A stretch of 32,000 bases of DNA, taken from assembly GCA_041649575.1 (NCBI GenBank), contig JBAZMW010000002.1, positions 180,001 through 212,000 of the forward strand, read 5' to 3'. Positions 19,217-28,506 of this stretch are shown here, one piece after another. Positions within the stretch are counted from its first letter, which is position 1; each line of letters opens with the position of its first letter. Made by a program: the position numbers and the translations under genes. This DNA comes from Patescibacteria group bacterium (GTDB lineage Bacteria; Patescibacteriota; Patescibacteriia; 2-01-FULL-39-33). The notes beneath the pieces were generated by a model. The model saw only the letters and a program-made list of their open reading frames with translations, searched no databases and was not told where the DNA came from.

Positions 19217-20654
19217 TTTCTTTTTTGAATAATAATGATTTAGTCTGCATGATATCTTTTTTTGAAAAACCCCCCACCAGTACCAGCGTAACCAGATAAA
19301 CCAGTGCTCCTAGCGGCGCAGTTATTACAAAAGACCAATAACCTTTTAGCCACACAACCACCAGACTCATCACCAGACAGCTAAAGGTTATTTTGGCAAA
19401 AGAAATCAATAAATATTTTTTATCATATTTGACGATTTTTTCAATCACCACTATGCCCAGAGCAAACAAAACAACATAACTGATCAAAGCGGCTACGGCA
19501 GCCCCATTATAACCGTAAAGCGGTATTAGAATTAAATTTAAAATTATATTCAAAACGGCGATAATGCCCAGATGAACGGTGTTTCTGGTTTGTTTGTCGC
19601 AGGCGTTGAGCATGGCGCCTATCGGAAAGCACAAAAAAACCAAAACCAAAGAAGAAATCAGGATTTGCAAAGGCAAAATCGCCCCTTGATATTCTTGGCC
19701 GAAAATCGGCGGCAGGAATTTATCCGCCAGAACAATTACCCCGAAAGATATGGGCAAAGAAATCAACATCAGAAAATACATCGATTTGGCGAAAGTTTTA
19801 GACAACAATTCCTTGGAAGCGACAAAATATCTGCAAAAAGCCGGATAAATGCTGGCCGAAAAAGCCACGGCTACAAACTGCAGGGCAAAAGTGATTTTGT
19901 AAGCCACGCTATAGAGGCCAACCGCTTTATCATTAGCCAGCTTGGACAATAACACGATATCCATCGAAGAATAAATTCTGATAAAAAATCCGGCGATGGC
20001 AAAAGGCAGAGCCAGCCGAAAGAGTTCTTTGATTATTTTTTTATCAAATCGGAAAATGGTTAGAATTTTTAATTTTATTTTCAAAAATAGCGCGGCATAA
20101 AAAAAGTTGAACAGACTGCCCAGTAGATAAGCGCCCATCAAAATTACCAAGCCCAACTGCAATTTTATAATTACCAGTCCCGCCCCCAAAACGATCAGTT
20201 GGTTTAAAATCACACCGTAGCTCTCGAATCTCAAGTTTTGGTGGCCGCGTAAAATGCCGTAAAAACTCAAGGCGAATGAATCCAAAAGCATCACAAAACC
20301 GGAAACATAAACTAATTGTTTGGTGATTTCCGGATAACCCATCAGATTGATAACCACTATTACCAAAGCATAAATTATTACCGACCCAAGAAGCTTGAGG
20401 CCCAGGACATTGGCCAGGTATTTTTGAGAATTTTTTATATCCCGGGCGCTTTCTCGAATAAGTATTTGCGTCAGACCAAAATCGAGAAACATGGCAAAAA
20501 TAGTGGTAAAACTCAAAGCGAAAGAATATTTGCCGGTGTTTTCCACGCCGATGCTTCGCGCTACCAGAATAAAATATACAAAAGAAAGAATCTTTTGTAT
20601 GGTTAGGGCGGCAGTAAAAAAAGTAGTATTTTTGACGAGGTTGCTGCTAGACAT
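19188..20654 (-). CDS. Polysaccharide flippase (Wzx, MOP superfamily)
   Basis: 488 aa with about 12-14 TM helices. The N-terminal pattern NTTFFTAALTIQKILSFVYFILVARSIGVENTGKY is typical of the family. Confidence 0.75.
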   Translation of the reverse strand: MSSSNLVKNTTFFTAALTIQKILSFVYFILVARSIGVENTGKYSFALSFTTIFAMFLDFGLTQILIRESARDIKNSQKYLANVLGLKLLGSVIIYALVIVVINLMGYPEITKQLVYVSGFVMLLDSFALSFYGILRGHQNLRFESYGVILNQLIVLGAGLVIIKLQLGLVILMGAYLLGSLFNFFYAALFLKIKLKILTIFRFDKKIIKELFRLALPFAIAGFFIRIYSSMDIVLLSKLANDKAVGLYSVAYKITFALQFVAVAFSASIYPAFCRYFVASKELLSKTFAKSMYFLMLISLPISFGVIVLADKFLPPIFGQEYQGAILPLQILISSLVLVFLCFPIGAMLNACDKQTRNTVHLGIIAVLNIILNLILIPLYGYNGAAVAALISYVVLFALGIVVIEKIVKYDKKYLLISFAKITFSCLVMSLVVVWLKGYWSFVITAPLGALVYLVTLVLVGGFSKKDIMQTKSLLFKKENAVSSDSNL

Positions 20655-20661
20655 GCGGTTG

Positions 20662-20690
20662 ATTATAATAAGCTAACTTTCCTTAACCAA
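20662..20690 (-). promoter_or_regulatory. Promoter TTGGTT-N17-TATAAT placed for a leaderless flippase mRNA
   Basis: The minus strand reads TTGGTT (20690-20685), a 17-nt spacer, then TATAAT (20667-20662). Only 7 nt separate the -10 from the ATG at 20654. Confidence 0.5.
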
Positions 20691-21381
20691 AATAGATATT
20701 TTTCAACTCTTTATTATTTAAGATGTCTTTATTTCCCTCAAGCGCCACTTGACCATTTTCTAAAACATAAGTCCGATTGGCCAGCTCTACGGCCTGTCTG
20801 GCATTTTGTTCAACAATCATAATCGAAACACCGGTGCTACTTATTTGTTTTATAGTAACAAAAATTTCTTTCATGGCTCTTGGAGATAAACCTAGCGACG
20901 GTTCGTCTAAAAGCAATAATTGCGGGCTCTGTATTAACGCTCGGCTAATGGCCAAAAGTTGCTGTTGACCTCCCGATAGATTAGCGGTTCTTTGTTTTTG
21001 TTTTTCTTTTAAAATTGGGAATTGATTAAAAATCTTTTTTATTTTCTCAGCCACGCTTTTTCTGTCTTTAAAAATAAATGCCCCCATTTCTAAATTCTCT
21101 TTTACGGTCATATTGCCAAAAACTTGCCGACCCTGTGGAACATAGCTTATACCTAATTCAATTAGTTTGTAGGTGGGAATCTTGGTGATTTCCCGATCAT
21201 TCCAGATTATTTGGCCAGCATAAATATCGCACTGGTTGAAAATGCTTTTTAGAACCGTGGATTTACCAGCCCCATTGGGTCCGATTATGGCCACTATCTC
21301 CCCTTCTTTGACTGTAATATCAACACCAAAGAGAATTTGCAGTTTTTCGTAGCCGGATTCGATTTTTTTTAGCTCCAACAT
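20683..21381 (-). CDS. livF: Branched-chain amino acid ABC transporter ATP-binding protein, LivF type
   Basis: Walker A GPNGAGKST, signature LSGGQQQ, Walker B LLLLDEPS; 232 aa with a LivF-like N-terminus. Confidence 0.85.
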   Translation of the reverse strand: MLELKKIESGYEKLQILFGVDITVKEGEIVAIIGPNGAGKSTVLKSIFNQCDIYAGQIIWNDREITKIPTYKLIELGISYVPQGRQVFGNMTVKENLEMGAFIFKDRKSVAEKIKKIFNQFPILKEKQKQRTANLSGGQQQLLAISRALIQSPQLLLLDEPSLGLSPRAMKEIFVTIKQISSTGVSIMIVEQNARQAVELANRTYVLENGQVALEGNKDILNNKELKNIYFG

Positions 21382-21406
21382 GCTTTTATCTTAGCAAAAT
21401 TTCTAT

Positions 21407-21435
21407 AATTTTAAAACCCCGCCACGGGGGCGGGG
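21407..21435 (-). terminator. Stem-loop/T-run between binding protein 1 and livF (possible intra-operon attenuation point)
   Basis: CCCCGCC (21417-21423) / GGCGGGG (21429-21435). On the minus strand it is followed by TTTTAAAATT. Confidence 0.65.
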
Positions 21436-21450
21436 CTTAGGACTAACTTA

Positions 21451-22602
21451 TTAGTTTTGATAAGGCACGAATTGGCCGTTTTTGATTTGTTGCATCATAG
21501 AAGTCATGTGGGAGTCGCCATTACTGTCGATAGTGATGGGTCCACTGACGCCATCATAATTTTTTACCCCATACAGGTAGTTTTTTACGCCATCAGGATT
21601 ATAGCCGCTACTCTTTATGGCGTTTAGTAACAGATTAGTGCCATCATAGGAATTGGCCACGGCGCTCATAATCGGCGGATCTTGATTGTAGGCGGAGATG
21701 TATTTTGTTTTGAGGTCTTTGACTTTTTGATTTTGATCATCTAGGGCGGAGGTGATAAAAATTGCTCCTTCGGCGGCGCTGTCGCCGGCTGTCACCACTT
21801 CTTTGACACCAAAATTGTCAGAGCCAATAATTTGAGCATTAATTCCCAGCTCTCTGGCTTGTTTGGCGATCAATCCCCCTTCGCTGCCATAACTTATAAT
21901 CACTAATGATGTCGGATTTTTTTCTTTTATTTTTGTCAGGGCGGTTCGGAAGTCAGTCGCTTCCGGCAAGTAGGTTTCGGCATCTAAAATTTTTCCGCCG
22001 CTAGCTTCATAGGTGCTTTTAAAATTATCGAAAAAACCGACGCCGTAGTCATTGCTGGCATAAATGACGGCCACCTCTGGAGTGTTTAACTGGTGGTAAA
22101 GAAAATCGGCCAGATTAGCGCCTTGCACCGCGTCAGAAATGCAAGTCCGAAAAATATAATTGCCAGCTTGGGAGATTTTGGCAGCTGAAGCCAGCGTGGT
22201 CAGTAGGATAACCTTACTTTGTTCAGCAATGGGAGCTGTGGCCAAGACCGACCCGGAACAGCCAACCATGGTGGCTTTGACTTTATCAACACTGATTAAT
22301 TTATTAAAAGCAGTGACGGCCTCGGTTTTGTCGCAAGTCTTATTATCCTCAAAAATCAATTGGATTTGTTGGCCATTTATTCCGCCGCGATCGTTCCATT
22401 CTTTGACGGCGATTTCTATACCACCCTTCATTGATCCACCCCAATTAACTAAGTCACCAGTCAGCGGCGCAATCACCCCGATTTTTATAGGCTCGGTATC
22501 TTGCGAATTAGCTTTGTTGGTGAGTGCCAAGGCATAGCCAATGATGGCGATAATCACCACCAGAGCAATTATCAGCCAGATAATTTTTGTTTTCTTTGAC
22601 AT
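21451..22602 (-). CDS. LIV-type (type I periplasmic) substrate-binding protein, paralog 1, TM-anchored
   Basis: N-terminal TM anchor, then IKIGVIAPLTGDLVNWGGSMKGGIEIAVKEWN, characteristic of the LivK/LivJ family. Confidence 0.8.
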   Translation of the reverse strand: MSKKTKIIWLIIALVVIIAIIGYALALTNKANSQDTEPIKIGVIAPLTGDLVNWGGSMKGGIEIAVKEWNDRGGINGQQIQLIFEDNKTCDKTEAVTAFNKLISVDKVKATMVGCSGSVLATAPIAEQSKVILLTTLASAAKISQAGNYIFRTCISDAVQGANLADFLYHQLNTPEVAVIYASNDYGVGFFDNFKSTYEASGGKILDAETYLPEATDFRTALTKIKEKNPTSLVIISYGSEGGLIAKQARELGINAQIIGSDNFGVKEVVTAGDSAAEGAIFITSALDDQNQKVKDLKTKYISAYNQDPPIMSAVANSYDGTNLLLNAIKSSGYNPDGVKNYLYGVKNYDGVSGPITIDSNGDSHMTSMMQQIKNGQFVPYQN

Positions 22603-22624
22603 GGTTCTTGGGATATTTTATTTG

Positions 22625-22638
22625 TCTTGAATTCAAGA
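22625..22638. promoter_or_regulatory. Perfect 14-bp palindrome TCTTGAATTCAAGA, candidate operator upstream of binding protein 1
   Basis: Exact dyad, 23-36 nt upstream of the ATG at 22602, in the divergent spacer shared with the TrmB-family gene. Confidence 0.35.
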
Positions 22639-22701
22639 ATAATGAAATATGGGACTTATCGTCAATTTATATTACAGAAATTTAGTGATATTTTAGCTAA
22701 T

Positions 22702-22730
22702 TTGACAAATATTTAGCTATATTATATAAT
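22702..22730 (+). promoter_or_regulatory. Perfect consensus promoter TTGACA-N17-TATAAT for the TrmB-family gene, bracketed by two TTTAGCTA repeats
   Basis: TTGACA at 22702-22707 and TATAAT at 22725-22730. TTTAGCTA occurs at 22692-22699 and 22712-22719 (20 nt apart; TAGCTA is self-complementary). Confidence 0.65.
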
Positions 22731-22755
22731 ATCTGTAAATATTTTTTACAACAAT

Positions 22756-23487
22756 ATGCTGGACAAAATTATTGATTATTTCAATTTAGAAGAAAAAGAA
22801 GCCAAAGTCTATCTGGCTGCTCTGGAATTGGGCAATTCTAAGGTCAGTGAAATAGCCAAAAAAGCCGGTTTAAATCGCATTACGGCTTATGAAATTTTGA
22901 AACGATTAAGACAAAAGGGGTTGGCCGTGAGCTTAACTAGAAATAACGTTTTGACTTTTCGGGTGATTGATCCTGAAAAAGTTATTAAGAAAATGGAAAG
23001 CAAGTTATCCTTGTCTCGGGAGCTTTTGCCGGCGCTGGTGCTACTAAAAAATAACAGCGGCAAAAAGCCGAAGATCGAGTACTTTGACGGTCGTGAAGGA
23101 TTAAGGGCTTTGTGCAACGATTCCTTAAACTGTCAAGAAAAAATAATTTATGATTTGGCGGAACCCACCAATCTGTTGAAAACTATCGGCGAGGATTTTT
23201 TTAATTCTTTTGTCAGACAAAGAGTCAAAAAAGGAATAAAGGTCAAGTTGTTGCTGCCTAAAAACAAAGAGAACAAAAAATATCTCGGGGTAGTAAAAAG
23301 AGATTTAAGAGAATTAAGATTTATTGATGATGATTTGTATCCCAATGAGTTTTATATTTATGACAATAAAGTCGCCATACTCTCCTTCTCCGGCAAGATG
23401 GGAGTATTAATTGAAGACGAGGAAATCGCCAAATCAATGAAGTCCATCTGGAGATTCTTATGGAATCACTCTGACAAAAATTTTTAA
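22756..23487 (+). CDS. TrmB-family transcriptional regulator
   Basis: N-terminal winged HTH EAKVYLAALELGNSKVSEIAKKAGLNRITAYEILKRLRQKGL, plus a C-terminal TrmB-type effector-like domain. Confidence 0.75.
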   Translation: MLDKIIDYFNLEEKEAKVYLAALELGNSKVSEIAKKAGLNRITAYEILKRLRQKGLAVSLTRNNVLTFRVIDPEKVIKKMESKLSLSRELLPALVLLKNNSGKKPKIEYFDGREGLRALCNDSLNCQEKIIYDLAEPTNLLKTIGEDFFNSFVRQRVKKGIKVKLLLPKNKENKKYLGVVKRDLRELRFIDDDLYPNEFYIYDNKVAILSFSGKMGVLIEDEEIAKSMKSIWRFLWNHSDKNF

Positions 23488-23490
23488 CTT

Positions 23491-23520
23491 AAAACACCCG
23501 CCAATGAGGCGGGTGTTTTA
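23491..23520. terminator. Bidirectional intrinsic terminator
   Basis: ACACCCGCC-aatga-GGCGGGTGT flanked by AAA and TTTT, lying between convergent genes. Confidence 0.85.
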
Positions 23521-23538
23521 AGAATATGTGGTTTTTAA

Positions 23539-24588
23539 CTAATTTACCTTCTCCAGATACATCGGAATAACAATATCATTATTTGTAATATCTTTGGCTA
23601 CTCCAGTCACGCCACTGACTTCTTTTTTGTTGGTCAGACAGCTTTCAATACTATCTTTGGGACAAGTGGCCAAAAGGTTGACAATATCAAAACCAAAGGC
23701 GGCCACGAAGTTGGGTTCTTTGCCATATTTGGCTTTGTATCTGGTTTTGAACTGCTCGCTATTACCGGGAATAGAAAAAGCAAATTGATTGGTGTAGAAA
23801 GTCATTTTGGGAGCTTTGGCTTGCGTTTCCGGATCGGATTGGACATTAGAGACTTCAACTATCGGGATATTAAACTTTAATTCTTCTATTTTTTTCAAAA
23901 TGCCCAGTGATTCGCTTGGTGGTGTTGGGACGAATAACAGAGCTTCCGGTCCAGCGTCTTTGGCCTTACTAACGATGGTGGAAAAGTCAGTCGTGTTGGG
24001 AACATATGATTCCATGAAGACTATCTTTTTGCCGGATTCATCACAGAGTTGTTTGATTTTGTCAGCCACCGATTGGGCATACTCGTCTTTTCTGTAGATG
24101 ACTGCTATTTTCTTGACGTTTTTGAGCGGTGAAATGTCTGATTCAAATGATGGCGTGGCAAAATGACTGGCGTCGGTATAATATCTGAAAGCATAATCAT
24201 TAGTAATATTGTTAGCCGCGCTTTGAGTGATAACCATGGGAATTTTGTCCTCTTTGGCGAGTGAGGCCAGCGGCACGCTGACAATACTAAGAGCTGTCAC
24301 AAAAACATCCGGCTTTTGGAGTTTTAGTTTTTGATAGGCGGTCAAACCATCGGCGGCAGCGCCTTTGCTATCCTCATAGGTGACGGCAAGATTGGGGTGG
24401 TCTTCCAGCGCTAGATCCATGCCGTTCTTGACACTTTCGCCCCAGATGGCCGATGGGCCGCTTAGAGCCAAAATGGCTCCGATTTGGGTTTTATCATCAC
24501 TGGTAGCAGCTTTATTGCCCAAGCCACAGCCGGCTAACACTACGCTTGCCATTAAGGCAACGACAATAATCAAAAATTTTGTTTTCAT
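23539..24588 (-). CDS. LIV-type substrate-binding protein, paralog 2, lipoprotein
   Basis: Lipobox VLAGC, then IGAILALSGPSAIWGESVKNGMDLAL. Confidence 0.75.
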   Translation of the reverse strand: MKTKFLIIVVALMASVVLAGCGLGNKAATSDDKTQIGAILALSGPSAIWGESVKNGMDLALEDHPNLAVTYEDSKGAAADGLTAYQKLKLQKPDVFVTALSIVSVPLASLAKEDKIPMVITQSAANNITNDYAFRYYTDASHFATPSFESDISPLKNVKKIAVIYRKDEYAQSVADKIKQLCDESGKKIVFMESYVPNTTDFSTIVSKAKDAGPEALLFVPTPPSESLGILKKIEELKFNIPIVEVSNVQSDPETQAKAPKMTFYTNQFAFSIPGNSEQFKTRYKAKYGKEPNFVAAFGFDIVNLLATCPKDSIESCLTNKKEVSGVTGVAKDITNNDIVIPMYLEKVN

Positions 24589-24612
24589 ACGACGTTTTAT
24601 TATTGTTTAGTT

Positions 24613-25740
24613 TTAATAAGGTATTATTTCACTATTTTTAATCTGATAAAGAATAAAATGTGCATTTTTTCTGTCATTGTTCTTATCGAAGCTAATTTCG
24701 CCGCCAGCTCCAGAGTAATTAATATTTTTTAGAGACTCTACTGCCTGACTCATGTCCATATTATTTTTTCCAGCTGCTTCGGCCAAGATATAGATGTCAT
24801 CGTACATGCCGATACAGGCGTTTTGCTGGGGACAATCGGCGCCGTATTTTTCTTTGTAAGTGTCTAATAAATTTTTTACTGAAACGATATTTTCTATGGC
24901 AAAATCAGTACTAATAGCCCCATCTAAATAATTTTTATATTTTGAATTTAAATCGGCCGAATGCATAATTGCCTCATTTACTAACAAAGTTTTAGGTCGA
25001 AAATTAATTTCTTTTGCCTCCTTCAAAACTTTATCACCAGAAGTTGGGCTTTGAACGCTCATTAATAAAACATCGGGGTTAGCGTTTTTGAGTTTTAAAA
25101 GTGGGGTGCGGACATCGGTGGCATCCGTTGTAAAGCCCTCGCTTACAATTTTTACTTCCTTATTTTCAAGATTTTTTTCCAGCATCAATTTCATGCCTTT
25201 AGCGTAATCCGTTTCTTCATAGATAATCGCAATTTTTCTTAAATTATTATTAACAATATATTCTCCAAATAAGCGAGCCCCGTCAGCATCAGAAGCATAA
25301 TTTCTAAAAACCGAGGGAGAAACCCCGGTCACCTTAACCGAGCTCACAACTGTGGCAATTAAGATCTGATCTGACTTTAATAAAGGCGCGATTCCTAATA
25401 CTGTTCCACTACAGGCCACGGAAGAAAAAAGCTTTAGGCCGTTTACATTTGAAAGTTGTTGAAAGGCTGAAATGGCCGCTTGAGGGGCGCATTGATGGTC
25501 TTGATAATTAATTTCTATTTTGTGTCCATTTATTCCGCCTTTGGCATTTATTTCCTCTACAGCGATTTCAGCCGCTTTTTGCGCTGAGTCGCCATAAATA
25601 GCTGCTCCTCCGGTCAAAGGTAATAAAGCCCCGATTTTGATAGTTTCTTTATTGTTTTTGCTAATATTGCTCAGGCTGCAACCGGCCGTGGCCACGACAA
25701 TTAACGCCAAAATGATGATGAATAGGGATTTTCTTTTCAT
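24613..25740 (-). CDS. LIV-type substrate-binding protein, paralog 3, lipoprotein
   Basis: Lipobox ATAGC, then IKIGALLPLTGGAAIYGDSAQKAAEIAVEEINAKGGING. Confidence 0.8.
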   Translation of the reverse strand: MKRKSLFIIILALIVVATAGCSLSNISKNNKETIKIGALLPLTGGAAIYGDSAQKAAEIAVEEINAKGGINGHKIEINYQDHQCAPQAAISAFQQLSNVNGLKLFSSVACSGTVLGIAPLLKSDQILIATVVSSVKVTGVSPSVFRNYASDADGARLFGEYIVNNNLRKIAIIYEETDYAKGMKLMLEKNLENKEVKIVSEGFTTDATDVRTPLLKLKNANPDVLLMSVQSPTSGDKVLKEAKEINFRPKTLLVNEAIMHSADLNSKYKNYLDGAISTDFAIENIVSVKNLLDTYKEKYGADCPQQNACIGMYDDIYILAEAAGKNNMDMSQAVESLKNINYSGAGGEISFDKNNDRKNAHFILYQIKNSEIIPY

Positions 25741-25763
25741 GATTTTACTATATTATTATTATA

Positions 25764-26501
25764 TTAACTCCCCAGATACGCCTCTAATACCAGCTTATTC
25801 TCCCTTATATCTTTGGGCTTGCCTTCGGCAATAACTTTTCCTGCGTCCATAACAATTATATAATCTGCCACCGTAAAAGTAAAATTCATATCATGTTCAA
25901 TCAGTAGGACAGTCTCGCCCTGTTTTTTTAAGTCCTTTAGGATGCTTTTAATACGGTCGCGCAACACCGGATTTACTCCGGCTACCGGTTCGTCCAGGAT
26001 GAGCAGCTGATGCGGATTGAGGATCGCTCGCGCTAGCTCCACCAGCCGTTTCTGTCCGTAGCTTAATTCTCCGCAAAGATGCTTGGGCGATTTATCCAAG
26101 CCAATCAGATCCAGGACATCTTGGATTTTTTTCTTTTTTTTCGAGCCGTAATAATTCAGGCCCAAAAGATTTTTGGCAAACTTCATGTCTTCATTGTCAA
26201 GAGCAATGGATAAGTTTTCTTCTATGCTTAAGTTATTAAATAAATGCGCTTGCTGGAAAACACGGGATAGGCCCAGATTGGAAATTTTGTCAGGTGATAG
26301 GTTGGTGATATTTTTTCCAGCTAAAACTATCTCGCCGCTTTCGGCTTTTAAAATGCCGGAAATTAAGTTAAAGATGGTGGTTTTACCGCTACCGTTGGGA
26401 CCAATGAGCGCCGTGATTTGATTTTGGCCAATCTCAAAACTGCAGTCGTCGACCGCATGCACCCCGCCAAAATATTTTTTTAAGTGTTGAATTTTGAGCA
26501 T
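25764..26501 (-). CDS. livG: Branched-chain amino acid ABC transporter ATP-binding protein, LivG type
   Basis: FGGVHAVDDCSF, Walker A GPNGSGKTTIFN, signature LSYGQKR, Walker B LLILDEP. Confidence 0.85.
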   Translation of the reverse strand: MLKIQHLKKYFGGVHAVDDCSFEIGQNQITALIGPNGSGKTTIFNLISGILKAESGEIVLAGKNITNLSPDKISNLGLSRVFQQAHLFNNLSIEENLSIALDNEDMKFAKNLLGLNYYGSKKKKKIQDVLDLIGLDKSPKHLCGELSYGQKRLVELARAILNPHQLLILDEPVAGVNPVLRDRIKSILKDLKKQGETVLLIEHDMNFTFTVADYIIVMDAGKVIAEGKPKDIRENKLVLEAYLGS

Positions 26502-26506
26502 TATTA

Positions 26507-27613
26507 TTAATACAGCACGAATTGGCCGTCTTTTATTATTTTAATGACTATCGGCTTGATGGCATCGCCATTGCTGTCGAAAGTGGTGGAACCGGACACG
26601 CCAGAATAATCTTTTATTTTATACAAGCCGTCTTTAATGCAGGTTGAGTCCACTGTTGGGCAGCTTTCTTTAATAATTTTGGCCAAAATTATTAAAGAAT
26701 CGTAGCCCTGCGCGGCAAAAATATTGGGGTCTTTACCGAATCTATTCTTATACAGATCCCAAAATTCTTGATTTGTTTCTCGTTTAAAATCAGAAGCAGC
26801 GAAGATGATGCCTTCGGCCAAGGGCCCGACCGCAGAAAGAAATTTGCTATCGGTCACTGTATTGTCAGAAATTATCTGGGCATTAATTCCCATTTCTTTT
26901 ATTTGCTTAATAATAAGAGCGACCTCCGGCATTAGGGCCCCGACATAAACTACTTGAGGATTTTTTTCTTTGATTTTTATGAGCTGGGATCGAAAATCGG
27001 TGGAGTTTTTTTGATATGATTGGCGTTCGACAATGACGCCCCCGTCTTTTTGAAAGGAATCAGTGAAGGTCTTCTCACCGATTACATAAGCATCGCTTGA
27101 CTGGTCGAAGATGGTAGCCGCTGTTTTATATTTTTGGGCCACAAATTCAGCCATTTTCTTTTGTTCGGTGCTTTCTAGGATGTGATTTCTAAAAATATAA
27201 TCCCCTGCTTGGCTAATTGAATCGGCCGCTGAAGCCGGGGTCAAGATAATCATCTTGGCTTTTTCGGCCAGTGGGGCGATAGCCAAAGTGCTTTGAGAGC
27301 AGACCGGACCAATGATTATTTTGGCGCCCTTAATGGCGGTAGAGTTATAAGCGTTTATAGCTTCCTTGGGGTCGCATTTTTCGTCTTCAAGCAATAAGTC
27401 TATTTTAAGACCAGAGAGAGCTGTTTTTTCGTTAGCTAATACAATGCCATCTTTTATGTCATCACCCAGGGAAGCCATGTTTCCGCTAAGCGGCAGAATT
27501 ACGCCGATTTTTATTGTTTGATTTTGGTGAAGTTTTTTGCTGGAGACAAAAATTGCAACTGCAATAATCGCCAGCACAATGATAATTACTATGAGCCAAA
27601 ATTTTGTCTTCAT
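26507..27613 (-). CDS. LIV-type substrate-binding protein, paralog 4, TM-anchored
   Basis: N-terminal TM anchor, then IKIGVILPLSGNMASLGDDIKDGIVLA. Confidence 0.8.
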   Translation of the reverse strand: MKTKFWLIVIIIVLAIIAVAIFVSSKKLHQNQTIKIGVILPLSGNMASLGDDIKDGIVLANEKTALSGLKIDLLLEDEKCDPKEAINAYNSTAIKGAKIIIGPVCSQSTLAIAPLAEKAKMIILTPASAADSISQAGDYIFRNHILESTEQKKMAEFVAQKYKTAATIFDQSSDAYVIGEKTFTDSFQKDGGVIVERQSYQKNSTDFRSQLIKIKEKNPQVVYVGALMPEVALIIKQIKEMGINAQIISDNTVTDSKFLSAVGPLAEGIIFAASDFKRETNQEFWDLYKNRFGKDPNIFAAQGYDSLIILAKIIKESCPTVDSTCIKDGLYKIKDYSGVSGSTTFDSNGDAIKPIVIKIIKDGQFVLY

Positions 27614-27630
27614 AAAATTTTGTATTTTAG

Positions 27631-28503
27631 TTATTCCAATTTAACTTTGCCAAAAAAACCCGTTGGTTTGAAGATCAAGATTAGTATAAGGATTAGGGCA
27701 TAAATTATCTGTCGGGCCGGGCCGACAATCGACGAAGGAAAACCGATGAACCTCAGTGGTTCCGGCAATAAGATCAAAATAATCGCGGCAATAATTGTGC
27801 CCCTCAGCGAAGCCAGGCCGGCAATAATTACAATAGCCAAAACAGGAATCAACTGCATGATAGTAAATGAGGAGGGATCGATAAAAGTAACATAATGCGC
27901 GTACAAACTACCGGCAATACCGGCAAAAAAAGCCGAGGTCGCCAAAGAATAACTTTTTAGCTTGAAAGTATTTTTGCCCAGCACTTGCGCGGCCAACTCA
28001 TCATCTCGGACAGCTTGAAGCGCTTTGCCAAATGGCGATCGGGTAATTTGTTTGATTATTAGGTAAGTAATGAGCGCAATAGCTATGGTCAAAAATAAAA
28101 AATTAAAATTACTACTGAAGTCCAGGCCGAATAAATTCGGTTTGGGTATGCCGGGTAGTCCCAGCGGTCCGCGAGTCAAATCAGTCCAATTGAGAGCCAC
28201 GGCATAAACTACAAAAGTAAAGCCCATGGTAGCCAGAGCCAGATAGTCCCCTTTCAGCTTGTGGGTGGGTATGGCCAGTAGATGGCCGAAAGCCATAGCC
28301 AACAAGCAGGCGCATAAAATACAAAGCCAAAAGGGGCAGCCAGCTAGAGCCAGCAAGGCCGAAGTATAAGCGCCGATGGCATAGAAAGCGATATGGCCGA
28401 GATTAAGCAAACCGGAAAAACCCATGGCCAATTGCAAAGACATGGCCAGAATGAGATAGATGCCGATTAAAATTAGGAGATGAATAATATAAGCAGAAAG
28501 CAT
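27631..28503 (-). CDS. livM: Branched-chain amino acid ABC transporter permease, LivM type
   Basis: 290-aa polytopic permease with GLLNLGHIAFYAIGAYTSA, typical of LivM. Confidence 0.85.
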   Translation of the reverse strand: MLSAYIIHLLILIGIYLILAMSLQLAMGFSGLLNLGHIAFYAIGAYTSALLALAGCPFWLCILCACLLAMAFGHLLAIPTHKLKGDYLALATMGFTFVVYAVALNWTDLTRGPLGLPGIPKPNLFGLDFSSNFNFLFLTIAIALITYLIIKQITRSPFGKALQAVRDDELAAQVLGKNTFKLKSYSLATSAFFAGIAGSLYAHYVTFIDPSSFTIMQLIPVLAIVIIAGLASLRGTIIAAIILILLPEPLRFIGFPSSIVGPARQIIYALILILILIFKPTGFFGKVKLE

Positions 28504-28506
28504 AGA

